A stretch of DNA of 64,000 nucleotides from Antechinus flavipes (GCF_016432865.1 NC_067399.1:216690001-216754000), one strand, 5' to 3'; counted from the stretch's first letter, positions 25,600-38,590 are shown. Translations and numbers: made by a program. Notes: a model not told the origin generated them from the sequence alone.

Positions 25600-26000
25600 A
25601 TTCTCATAAAATGTCAATAAGATGAAGATTAGACCCATGGATTGTTGTTGTTTCAGTTATCTTTTATTCAGTGAATATGGTACTAGTATGAGTGGCTACA
25701 TGACCCAGGATATAAAAGTCTCTAAAGAAGTGAAATTGAACATGAAGCAGAAGGAAATTGAGAAATACCTGGTGACTAAAAATAAATAGGCTGTTGTATA
25801 GAAGAAATGAGGGATTTAAAAGATGAGTTGGAAAAAGAGATGTCATAAGGGAAATGTATGGTAGAAAGAAATACAAAGAGTCTGTTCATGTGAAGGCTAA
25901 GAAATGACATGTAAATTTTCCACTCCCATCTTTGTCATGGTAGGCCTCTGGTACTTTGAATGGTCTCCTGTGATGAACTTATTGGAGAACCTAATGTCAT
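25600..26000 (+). mobile_element. degenerate RTE-clade LINE 3' fragment
   Basis: ggtaggcctctggtactttgaatggtctcctgtgatgaacttattggagaac resembles the marsupial RTE 3' region. Confidence 0.45.
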
Positions 26001-26739
26001 GGATTTAAAGATAGAGGGGACTCTGAGAGATCATGCAGTCTAGCATTCTCAAAACATAGATGAACAAACTAAAGCTCATAAAATTAAAGTGAATTATTTA
26101 AGATCACACAGCTAGCTAAGTGTTTATGATAGGATTTGAGCCCAATTTCTCTGTCTTTCAAGTCTAGGACTTTACTATATCATGCTCTCTCATGGGTAAG
26201 CTGGTCCGGCTGAGTTACAGTTTGTGTCTTCTAAGGCATTACCCAAATCAATGAGATCATAGATGCACAGATGTACAGATGAGCATTATTTTTGCCACTA
26301 TTCTATTTTCCTTTCTTCTCACATCCTTCCTGAGGTTCTATTAGAATGACACAGGGGTTACTTAGGGGCCCCTTTCACCACTACTTAGCGTCCCATTTCC
26401 TTTAAATGTGTGATTATTGTGGTAAGTCTGATGCTACATAAGAAAAATGAAAAAAAAAAAAAAAAAGCCATGTTCAAAAGTGATTTATCTGAAGTCAAAT
26501 TTATGACATATGAGGCCTGAAGTTAGAAGGCTGCAGAAATGATACAACATACACCAAGAGGAAATGTCTGTGTCCCAGATTCACGATTTCATTCATTGAT
26601 TTGTTTTTCCTAATGAGACTTCTCCATTCTAAAGCCTATGTGATAATATAACTGAGCGGGTTTTGTATATCATAGCATGTTATAGATACTATCTAGATGT
26701 AAGAGACCCACTATTATTATTATAGTGGGAACAAATGAA

Positions 26740-27430
26740 TGACCCTGAGAGTGGCAAAATGGTAAATGCCATTCATGCTTCATTTGCTTCTTGACTGCCT
26801 CCGTGCTCAGATTTGAGTTTGCTTGGAGACCAGGTGTAAGGGCTGCTTCTAGGATTAATCTTGGTTCCCGGCTGTAGTGCCATAGGCAGATTCATTACTC
26901 AAGCAATGGAGACATGGGATCTGAGCAGACACTGTGATAAATGCAGTTAACTCCAGCAGATGTAGGCTTCTTGCATATAGCATTAGAAATGTCACGTCAC
27001 ATTACATTTGTTTACACAAGGGCAAAGCAGAAGCTGAAAGTGTTTAAATGTTTTTATTCCACAGCATCATAATATTGGTAATAGTTTGTAATGATCATTT
27101 TTGCTAGTGCCAAGCAGTCTCCTAATCTGAAAGTATAAATTACACTTAGTGGCTCATTGAAAAGTGTTTTAGCATGGGTGAAATCAATCTCCTCTATTGG
27201 TTATTTTTCTTGCAAGCATTTTCTTTTAGGGGAAGTTTGATATTCAAAGCATGTTCTGATGGGTCTTATTTTACAAGGTGAGAGGTTTCCCAGGAGCACA
27301 GTGTAGGACTCATTAGTCCAGTTCAGAATAAATCGTCTAGAGCAATAAGGAGGAAACTGCAAAGATTTGCGGGAGTCTCACTAGTAATGCTGTTGTCCAG
27401 GCCAAAGAACTGCATTATAGATTAGAGCTC
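26740..27430. promoter_or_regulatory. unique CpG-retaining block, candidate enhancer
   Basis: TCACGTCA (TGACGTGA on the minus strand) at 26992-26999, TGTTTAC (FOX) at 27009-27015, five CpGs, no repeat similarity. Confidence 0.35.
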
Positions 27431-30400
27431 AGGCTCAGTAGATCTGTCCAGTCCTCTCAGGAAATAACCCTCTGACACAGAGTTCAAAATGGTCCCAAGC
27501 TATTACAAATTCCATGTCATAAAAGATGATTAGATTTTAGATGTCAGAGAAGTTGAATATAGTATTAGAAACTTGAAAGTGAAAGGGACATCAGAAATAA
27601 TTTTATCCAACTACTTCATTTTAAGGATAGAGAAACTAAGGCACATAGAGGTTACTAGATTTGCCCAATCATGCAGATGATGGTTGAGTCAATGCTAGAA
27701 GAAATCTCTTGATTACTAACTTGGGCTTTCCCCCACTCTACATAGAAATGCACAAATGGGGAAGGAGATCCCATCTCCTCCCTTCATGTTTCCTTAGGGC
27801 AGTTTGATTTAATAGTTAGGATCCTAGAGTTAGAAAGGCAAAAATCCAAACCCAACTCCTAGCATGTATCAGTTACATGACAATGTATAAGTTACATAAC
27901 TTTTGTGTGATTCAAGCAATTTGCTGGGCTTAGTTATAGGTTATGATTTCCATTGATGAATGAACAAATTAATTGCTTCTTCTAGAGAAAGTTCTTGAGT
28001 CATAAGTCCCTCCTGTACTCGGGTATCATGGTATAACTGAATTTCTTTGATAATAGAGGACATGCACATTTTATCTTTACCCTCATCCTCAGGAAACTTT
28101 GAAAACCAGAAATCCTAGAAGTCTCCTGAATTTACAATTTCTATTTGGCAGTCAGGCAGAAATAGAAAATAAGATTAATCACTTCAGGCATTATTCTGCC
28201 ATTTTTCAGAATCCAGCAAGGCCCAATAGTCAAGAGTGAAAACTACAACTATAGTAAATATGACCTATGTCATCTAAAGATTATCAAAGAAATGGATAAA
28301 AATAAAAAGGACATTGAGTATAAATGCCTTAACTTGTTATATTTGCCCCACAGTGACATAACTGATAGTGTTGAATTATGCTTACATTTTCTTTCTCCCT
28401 TCATATGTATTAATTTTGATTTTAAAGCAATCTGAGGTTTTTTGTCAGTGAAGATTTGATTTGAGAGCTATGTAAGAATATCAACATTCAAACTGATCTA
28501 TGTTTTAATACTTAATCTTCTTTCTTTGAAGGTAGAAATGTCTTTGAATGACATTAAAATAGAGTAACTTTTATACTCCATACAGAAATTGTCAAGTAAA
28601 AGGAAAATATGTGAAAATTTCAGTTCCTTTCAGTGGATCCAGCTGGAACATCTTCTAGACAATTTTCAAGGTCTGGCAGGGATATATGATTTAAACAACC
28701 ATTTTTCAAATGTGACATTTAATCCATGGATAAAATTTTTTGCACACCATTTGTGTTTCTCTCTGAATAAACAGTCCTAAACTTACCATGTTCAAAACCA
28801 TCAAAAAAATCACTTTTTTTTTTTTGAAGAAAGAAATGACTATGGTAAAACTTTCTTGGCAACATTCATTCCTGCCAATTGGAAAGACAAGAGGCAAAGA
28901 ATCAGGGTCTATTTCATCTTCAACTAAGATGTAGAAGGTATTTTCACTATTTAAATGGTACAGCCTAAAATATTTGGAAACAGAAAAATCCTGGAGTCTT
29001 TGTTTCTCATGTAAATATTTCACTAATAGCTTACTTTTTCTCCATAGAATCTCACTTTCTACAAGGCTCTTCTATTTCTTCAGATCAAATCAGGAGAAAG
29101 TCCCAGTTAGAGGCTAATCATTTTACAAATTAATAATCATTCTTTGAATAAGGAAAATATCAACCAATCTCAAAATAGGTTTTCAAGCAACATCAGAGTC
29201 AACAACCAATAAAAGGCAGAGACCAGGATTGTAGTGACAAAGGATGCTCTAGGCATAAAGAATGCTCAAATCCTGAGAACCAGGAGGGCTTTCTTTGGAA
29301 TTGTCCTTCTATAATTCATGTTTATGAGAATCCTGGTGTGTCTATAATATTTGTCTTAAAATCATATTTGGCTCAGTAAGATTTCCCCAAGCCACTAAAA
29401 GTTCCACCTCTATTCATAGAAATTGTTCATGGCAAACAATTCAGTATTTTATTCCTATTCAATTATTTTCTTCTTTTTAGCTGTCTTAAGGCTTTAAAAG
29501 TGTACTGGATCATAATGGATAGGGCTCAGAAAATGAAATAAAAAACATTTGATTTCAAGTTCCATCTCTGACCTATAGTGCCTTTCTAACAATTGCAGTT
29601 ACTTAACCTCCCAGACCATTCTCTAAGACTTTTAAGTTATGGAGATATTGTCAATTTGTTTGGATGGAGTGACTTTCCACACTGAGGTTTCTTCTACACA
29701 ATTGAAATTACAGGACACTATCACCACCATCAACAACAACCAAAATCATAAACAAAAAAAAAAAAAAAACCAAACATATATTTTCATCAATTACTATATA
29801 AAGTAAAGCCTTTTGGCTTTATGATAGAACTCTCTAATATTCACATTCCCAAAGAAGATTACAAATAAGGTAAATGAACAAGGAACATCACAAAAATACA
29901 TAAAGAAAAGTACAATAAGAATTAAAATTTCCTCATAAGCTGAGCCAAACATCTATTAACTTTTCAGTTCTACCTTGTTACACACCAGGATCTTGTATTT
30001 ATCTTAATTCATTATTCATCCTACAGCTGCACCAAAAAGAAAAATTCCCCAAAGTATACCAAAATAACAATATTTATCTTTATACTTAACAGTCTATATA
30101 TCTGGATGGTGCCAGAAATTCTACACTGCTAGAAAGCTGAAAGGTAAAGCAGAAATCTAAAATGCAAATAAACTCTGAGACTTGAAAAGCTAGAATTACT
30201 ATTAGCAATTTTAATCATTTAAATGAAGGAAAAATTCAAAGTGAAACAATTATCATATTTATCTTCATTCTTGGCTTAGTGCTCTTTGCACATTTTGCAG
30301 CTGAAAACAAAATAAAATAGCATTTTGCATGTGAGTTGTACATTATGATTTTGTATATTGTGATACCTTTATGTTTTTTGCAAACATAGAATTATAGGAC

Positions 30401-31399
30401 AGAATGTTAAAGGTGGTATGGTGTTTAGAGTGTTCAGATATCATTGGTCTAACTTTAATTTTATAAATTATGAAGCATAAGTTAAGGAATGAGAAATGAT
30501 TGATGGAAGGCTATATAGTATCATACAGTAAGCAGAATCAATAGAAAGGTCCAAATCCAAAAGTGCAAAATAGCACATCAAACCTCAATGCCTTAGGAGA
30601 CAGAAACAGATGACTCTCTATGTAGGAGAGCCCTAGATCCTTCCTTTATCTGAGTTATTCTGTGTTGTTTATAAGGATTTTAAATGTGAAAGAACTGGAA
30701 AAGACTTTAGAAGTCACTTATTCAATCCCTAATCCAAATTATTAACAAATATCCCTTCCAGATAATTGAACTACTATAAAGTACCAAGTTCCTCTCAGAT
30801 ACTAGCCTGATCTCACTTTTTTAAAACAGGCCATACATATCTGTTACCATATAATGAAAATATCAGTGACAGATTCAACTGTAAAGAAATTACATGTTTA
30901 GGTACTTTATACAAACCATTCCACACTTATATCAGTTGGAAAAAATCATAAACACCTAGAAGAAGTTGATTAATGAGCTACAAAAGCATGTGCCTTAAAT
31001 GTCCCTCATAATCAATTACTAAACAAGCTACATCAAAACATTGCAAGATTATACTGCAAAACCTTTGACCCCATTGCACATTCATGGTTAATTTGTGTAT
31101 TACAAATATATAAATTAGATGCAGATACACTGAATATATTAGTGTATTTGATATCTACATGGAAAAGTGTACACTGTTTAATAAATGTGGCCAACACAAT
31201 AATGTCAAGAATACTTCAAATAAAATATGACATTTTTCAATAAGTGAGTACAAGTTAGTGCTGTTCTGCCTAGCATTAAATATCCATTGTCAAGGCTCCC
31301 AAAGAGAACTGATTGTAGGGTCCAAATAAAAAATGACAAGAATACCAAACCATCATATAAAGCCTGAATATGTATATGGATAATATTACATAATATGAT

Positions 31400-32450
31400 A
31401 GTACTAGAAAACATATTAAACTGGTTTTTCCTCTCGTGAAAACTTTCTCTAGTGACAGCAAAATGTCACTAAAAAATAAAGCAGTTTCAATATAAACTAA
31501 AGATAAAATGGAGATAGAAATCACAAAACTTGAATTGAGTGGTCACTTTTAATCAACACATAAAGATATCTTTGAATCCTTCAGGAAATACATCAAAACT
31601 ATGAAGGGTAAAGTTGTGATTGTGTGATTTAAATGACATTCTGGGAACTCAATAAAATAATATTCTATTGAACAATTAACACCTGATAAAAATCAGTCTT
31701 AATATTTACTTTTGAAACAATAAAATGAAGAATGAGAAACTTATACTTTATCCATGCAGCACAGAATTCATCATGACAACACAGATAAGGAAAGAAGAAT
31801 ATTTATTCTTCTTAAGGAAGATGATTGAAAAATGTTTTTAAAGAAAATAAGCAGATTAAAAACTTAAAGGACTTATTCTAGAACTTCATAGAACAATAGA
31901 AAATACTAACAGTAGAAACATATCCCTATGTCTATTGAATACAACTGAAAATATGCTTTCATATGGAGCACATATGAAATCAAGATACTATATGAGCAAC
32001 ATACATATAGCCTTCACCAATCTTATGTTGACAAAGAAACATCTAAACATGACAGAGTTATGATATCAATACAAGATTATATATTTCTACTAGAAATTTT
32101 AAAAGATTATCCTGAAGGTCTCAGACTTAGTCATAGACACAAATTATTCCAGAAAATAGTAAAAATAATGGAGTATATCACTAAAAGTTGCAAAAACATA
32201 GTAACTATGCAATTCTTAGGAAGGTGTTGGTAGTAACTAGAATCACAAATCAGACAATCGCTTCTTCCTAAACTAACATTTTTATTAATTTTACAATTTA
32301 GGTATCCTAGAGAATTCAACAAATAAAGTATATTGATACTAGATCATTATAACAGAAAAATCATTTCCCACAAATGATACATAAAAATTTGAGAACAACA
32401 TGTTTAATAGGTAACACCATACTATATACTTATAAACTCTAAACTACGTG
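31400..32450 (+). mobile_element. heavily degraded ancient L1 ORF2 relic
   Basis: APE-like gttgtgattgtgtgatttaaatgac (VIVGDFN-like), catatccctatgtctattga (PISLMNID-like), tatcctagagaattcaac. Confidence 0.45.
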
Positions 32451-33149
32451 GGATATAAAGCCTTCAGAATATAGAAAACTAATAGTATAAATAAGACCAT
32501 GAGAGAACAGGATATAATAAATGACATCTCCATCATCCTGTCTAGAAATAGATTTTCTCCACAAAGATGTTTTCAGTGAGTCTTCAGTAATTCAGCTATA
32601 AAACAACAAAACCCCAACAATCATTTCTTCTATTTGCCCAATGTACTTTAAAATAGTATAGTAGGATAGCAGCTTGTCTTGGGCCTTTTCTATCTGAACA
32701 TGATAAAATGAGATAAGAAGAATAAAATGGTAATATTAGCAACAATCCATTTAATGTTCACGTCAAAATCCACATCTATTGGGAGAGAGAATTTCAATTT
32801 CAATTGCCAGTCAAGATATTATTTATTAGTGACTCTGGGTATTCATAGATCACAGGAATAATAACTATGAAGTCTTTTTAGATTCCTTAAATGCTATTGA
32901 GTTCATTGGTGGTCTCAACAAGGATATTATTCCTATGAATCCAAGAAATAATGGGAATACCACAAGGAGGCAATAGATAGATAGATAGACAGATATGTGT
33001 GTATATATATGTATATATGTTTGTATAGTAAGTTTAAATACACAAAGAAAGAGAAATCTTTCTTAATTTCTAGTAGAAATAATCTAATTTTTCATTGATA
33101 TCATAAACCTGACATGTTTGATGGTGCTAACCTTAAGATAGGCATACCA

Positions 33150-35935
33150 AGAGAAAGCACAAAATGGACTGAAAATTTAGATATTTTCGTCATGTAGCAG
33201 AAATATCTTGTCAGAAAATTGGAAACAGATCTCATTGATTAGTGGGCAAAAATTACATATTGTTTTTTGTCAATGGTATCTTCAACTTCAAGTCACATAA
33301 AAGCATTTTGCTTACCCATTCCAAGAAATTATATCTGTCTTTGCCGGTCTCTCCCTCTCTCTCCCTCTCTCTCCCTCTCCCTTTCTCTCCTTCTCTGCTT
33401 CACCTCTTTCTCTGTCCCCTCTTTTTTCTGTCTGTTATTTTCTCTACTTGTTTAAATTAAAAAAAAAAAAAAGATTAGGAATCAGATTAAAATAAGAAAA
33501 GGGAAAGTTCAAGACAGTGTGGACTTACAAATCTTAATGTAAAAGCAAGAAGTAACAAAAGAAATGACAAAAACATCATTGAGAAGCCATTTTTTTGGGG
33601 GGAAGGGAAGAAAAAGGGAGGAAATACAGAACAATTAGACTTGAATTCTGAAAAATCCACTTTCAGATTGATAGTAGAATGAATGCAGTTTGTAGACCAA
33701 TTAAACCAAAACAGCAATCCATAAATCCCTTCTGCTCTAACCATGATGAATGAATGTATTCTCCCACATTGACATCATATGAAAACACATCAGGACCTAT
33801 AAAATATATATAATATCTCTTTCCATGATAAAATCTAATCAGAGGAACACTAGATATATCAGAAATATCTGGAAAAGCAATTGCCAAAACTTTAGCATAA
33901 GGAATTTGAAAGAGCTATTAAATAGCTATAAAAAGACATTGAAAAATTTTATCAAAATCTACTTGGTAGCTAAAGTACAAAACTTAAATACTATATTGCC
34001 TAATACAAGAATATGGAAAATAAAAACTTAACAGAAATCCTAGATTCCCTTAATCAGCAATGGAGGAAAAATGAAAAGTTTAAGATGTCATAAGAGATTA
34101 ATGAAGCATGAAAAATAAAACAAACTATTATACATCATTGAAATTTTAGGGAAAAAAAATACTGGGGGTGGGGGGGAGTAAAATAAGGAATATGTGGAAT
34201 GTTACTCATCATCTCTATGGTTTTAAGAAGTCCAGCACAAGGAAGCTATAAGTTGGGTAAAAGCAGAGAGAACAAGGACACTGTATTTTAAAAATGGAGG
34301 TAGAACCATTGCATCAAAGATGGCGACTAAAAATCTAGCTTTTTTGTGCAACAATAAAGTAAGGGCTGGATAAAGTCCATAATTATTGGCTTAAGGGCTG
34401 CATAGTGATTCATGAGTTGCTGGCAGAGTCCTTTATCAACTTTTTTTCCCCCCTCAAATGCAAGCCTGATCTTGCCCTTCATAACAGAAGACAGTACTTA
34501 TCTATTACCAAAAGATGAGAACAACAGTGACTTCCTCAATTAAAGGCCAATTAAGCACTTTATTCAAAAAAGTCATAGCTTGTACCATTTTAAAAATAAT
34601 CTATAAACACTTATAGGAAAACAATACATTGACAGAAAAGAAAAATGGGTGTGTCAAAAATTCATAAGAATGAAAAGAGCAACTTATTATTGATTTGGTA
34701 GTTATTGAACATGCTGTCCAAAAGTGCTGTGTGACATTTATACTGCCTTTGTTGATTATCACAGAGCCTTTGACAAAGATTTGTTCTCATAGCTTATTCA
34801 TGTACTGAAAATACATAAAAAATTCTCAAGTATAGGGAAAATTCTTGTATTTATACATCAATTCTGAGTGCCTGAATAAAACTTTTTCAATGAATTATCA
34901 CCTCCTAATAACATTACAATCCCCCTCATAATATCTTTCTTTAATCTGAACAGTGCATAGCCACAACCCTCTTTCAATATGATTTCAGCTTTTAGATGTG
35001 TTTCACCAATTTTCCCCCAAGGATCTTTAAATTCTAATTATCTTGCCAGCCACTTTCTCCTTTTCCTTTTTATATTTAGCTTCTACTCCATAATCCCACT
35101 CAATTGTCCTTAATCCCTTATATTTTCCTTGAAGTTGATATGTTATGCTATTTATTTTACATATTATACTATATACTATTTTATGCCCCTACTATTCCCT
35201 TTATGGAAAATTTGTTTGGTTATCAGAAAATGGAATGGCCTCAAGAAAATGTCTCCAAGCAAAGGGCTGCACAACCATTTATAATGACATCCTGGCTTAA
35301 CAATAATTTATCTTTAAACTTGAAAAATTTGAGATTTCATGATGAAATCAAGGTGTCATATTAGTACTAATGGAAAGTAAATACATAGTGAGATAGATGG
35401 CTCACTCAAAAACATGTTCAGCAGCTTACTCACCTTATAGACTCTTTCTCCATTGAGATCAAATAACATATTTGGAATTATAAGTATAAAATTTTTAATG
35501 GAAGAATGGAATTTAATGGAAAAATTTTAATGGAAGAAAAATATTGATGGATTTTATCCCAAATCTATAGGTCAGGTTGAATGGCTGAAAATAATATTAA
35601 TACCATGATATTTCAGGCAATATTCACTGAGCTAAAGATATCAAAGACAAGGTTATGGATAAATATTTTGAGACATTCTCAAATTGTAGTTGAATGGGAA
35701 AAACACATTTGAGCAACTAATACTAATGCAAAACTACTTTAAAACAACTTCCAGAACTACAAAATGAATCATAAAAAATTTGGAAAGTAGTGTTCCAATT
35801 ACCCATACAGAATTAATAAAGTAGGGCCCACCATTCAAAGACAAATGTGGAAAAAGTAATGCTTTTACACCAAAAAGGAGGATGAGAGTTCATAAGTATA
35901 TGAACATGACAAACAGGTTTAAACCTAGAGAAATA
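33150..35935 (+). mobile_element. R4/Dong-clade non-LTR retrotransposon fossil (Mam_R4-like), N-terminal domain through RT
   Basis: manual translation gives colinear motifs: KWTENLDIFVM*QKYLVRKLETD (33162-33230), TEILDSLNQQ (~34030), VQHKEAISWVKAE (~34230), GLDKVHNYWLKGCIVIHELLAESF (34363-34434), TYLLPKDENNSDFLN*RPI (34496-34552), LTEKKNGCVKNS*E*KEQLIIDLVVI (34629-34706), YTAFVDYHRAFDKDLFS*LIHVLKIHK (34739-34819), GG*EFISI (~35877). Confidence 0.8.
33345..33430 (+). repeat. (CT)-rich simple repeat inside the R4 fossil
   Basis: direct reading. Confidence 0.8.
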
Positions 35936-37990
35936 TTTGTATTTTCCCCAGTTACATATAAAACAGTTTTTCTTTTTTTTAGCTTTCATTTGTTTTTAAA
36001 ACTTTGAGTTCCAGATTCTCTCCCTTCCTCCCTACCCTCATCCCCCTTTAAGAAAAGACATGATGTCATGTAAAATATTCCCATTAAAGTCATATTGTGA
36101 AAGAAAACATAGATTTCCTCCTTACCACAAAAATCAAGAACAACAAAGTAAAAAAAAAAAAATCAGTATGCTTCAATCTGTATTCAGACACAATCAGTTC
36201 TTTTCTGAGTAGCATTTTCATCATAAGTCCTTAAGAGTAGCATTGTTTAGAATAGCAAAATCATTCCCAACTGATCATCCCACAATATTACTATTACTTT
36301 CACAATATGTTTCACTTTGCTTGAGTTCATGGAGCACTTACCAGATTTTTTTTTTCCTGAGAGCATCTTGCTCATCTTTTCCCACAGAACAAAACTATGC
36401 CATCATAATTGTATCACTCCTTAATTTATGGGCATCTCCCAGTTTCCAATTCTTTGCCCTGAAAAGAGTGCTGCTATAAAGATTTTTGTACTTAAAGGTT
36501 TTGTTTCTTTTAAAAAAAATCTCTTTTGAGACTTACGCTTAATAGTGGTATTGTTAGGTCAAAGGATATGCATGATATTGTAGTACTTTGAGCATAGTTC
36601 ATATCTTTTGGTCATTTATGAATTAGGGAGTGGATCTCATTTTTTTAATAATTTGATTCAGTTCCAACTCTCCCTGTGCAGTGGGAGAACTGTTCGGTTC
36701 TGCAAATATGTATTGTATCTAGGATATACTGCTACATATTTAACATATATAGGACTGCTTGCCATCTTGGGGGGGGGGAGGAGGGAGGGAGGGGAAAAAA
36801 CGAAACATAAGTGATTGCAAGGGATAATGCTGTGTAAAAATTATCCTGGCATGGATTCTGTCAATACAAAGTTATTATTAAATAAAATTAAATTAAAAAA
36901 AAAAAAGAGAATAGGAACTATCTTTTTGGATAGAGCATCAGGCTCTATTCTACTCAGGAGACCAAGTCAAATAAAGCTTTAAAACATAAAAAAATAAAAA
37001 AAAATAAAAAAAAATAATTTGATTCAGTTCCCTATACATTTGAGAAATGAAGCCTTCATCAAAAAACTTGCTTCAATGTTCTTTATCCAGTTGCTATCTA
37101 TAGACTCACCTGTTTATTTTATTCTCTCTCTACTATCACCCTAATTAATCCTCCTCAGTTTTGCTACTGACCACCTGCTTCCTCAGCATGCCCTCTTTTT
37201 ATACCCTCACTACTTCCTGTATCCCCTTCCCCTCCTACTTTCTTGTGGGATAAGATAGGTTTCTATACCCATATTGAGTCAATTCTGATGAGAATAAGGT
37301 TCACTCATACACTCTTGCTCTCCCCTTCTTACCCTCCATTGTAAAAGCTTTTCCTTGCCTTTTTTATGGCAGATTATTTATGGCATTCCATCTCTCCATT
37401 TCCCATTCTCCCAGTACATTCCTCTTTCCCTTTTTAATTTTATTTTTTTTAGATATTATCCTTTTATATTCCACTCATACCTGTGCTCTGTCTCTACATA
37501 TACTACTCCTAACCTCCATAATAATGGGGAAGTTTCAATGAATTTCAAGTATCATCCTCCCATGTAGGAATGTAAAAAGATAAACTTTATTAAGTTCCTT
37601 ATGATAGTCTTGATTACCTCCTTATGCTTCTCCTGAGTCCTGTATTTAAAAATCAAATTTTCTATTCAGCTCTTGTCTTTTTATCATGAATGATCGAAAG
37701 CCCTCTATTTCATTGAATTTCCACCACTTCCCCTGGAGGGTTATATTCTGTTTTGCTGGATAGGTTATAATTTTTGGCTGTAATACTAGTTCCATTTCCC
37801 TCTGGAATATCATACTCCAAGCTCACTGATCCTATAAAGTAGAAACTGCTAAATTGTGTGTTATCCTGACTATGGCTCCACTATACTTGAATTATTTCTT
37901 TCTGAATGTTTGAAATATTCTCTTCTTAACCTGAGAATTCTGGAATTTGGCCATAATATTCCTGGGCATTTTCATTTTGGTATATTTTTT
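35935..37990 (-). mobile_element. older L1 (3' UTR plus ORF2 end), host of the young L1 insertion
   Basis: aactttgagttccagattctctccc; gggcatctcccagtttccaattctttgcc; cctctggaatatcatactccaagc. Confidence 0.85.
36666..37012 (+). mobile_element. young 5'-truncated L1 with 3' transduction
   Basis: L1 3' UTR 36666-36894, first A tail 36895-36906, unique 81 nt 36907-36987 with AATAAA at 36970-36975, second A tail 36988-37012; identical TSD aataatttgattcagttcc at 36647-36665 and 37013-37031. Confidence 0.85.
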
Positions 37991-38359
37991 TTCATTTTTG
38001 ATTGTTATCTTTACTAAGTCTCTTCTTCACCAATATCTGATCTTTAACCATTCCTTAGATGACATATTTCCTAAATCTTTCACCATTCTGGTCTTATCCC
38101 TAGTACATATTGTAATGCATAGGTAATAAGTAAACACAAAATAAATGTTGTTATTCTTTAATTCACTCAATTTATCTACTCACTTATGAATATTATATAT
38201 GAACATGCATATATAACATTAAATTAACCTATTATAATATATAAAATATAACTATGTTATAAATATATCTATATATCTATATCATATATTAATATATAAT
38301 ACTCAAAGCAGAGTAAATAAGTATATACAGACACACATAGGCTCAAATATACATATATA

Positions 38360-38590
38360 CATTTGATCCTCACAACAACCAAATGAAGGGTGTTCTATTA
38401 TTATTACTCCCATTTTACAAATGAGGAAACTGATTATTACTCCCATTTTACAAATGAGGAAACTGAAATAGAGTTTAAGGGCTTTGTCCAGGGATACATA
38501 ATTAATAAGTGTCTTAGGTCAAATTTGAACTTGTTTCTTCCTGATTCCAGAACCAGCACTCTATCTACTGTACCACCTCATTGTCCCTAT
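38360..38590 (-). mobile_element. MIR-family SINE with perfect internal 33-bp tandem duplication
   Basis: attattactcccattttacaaatgaggaaactg occurs at 38400-38432 and 38433-38465. Confidence 0.85.

Noticed and set aside
31400-32450. Possible APE endonuclease belonging to the downstream R4 fossil
   Set aside because: R4/Dong elements use a C-terminal restriction-like endonuclease. This segment carries L1-type motifs, including its own RT remnants, and lies upstream of the R4 N-terminal motif, so it is a separate L1 relic.
37990-38110. Possible continuation of the R4 ORF after the L1 insertion (TKSLLHQ)
   Set aside because: Similarity is too weak to call by eye; no CCHC zinc-knuckle or PD-D nuclease motif was seen.
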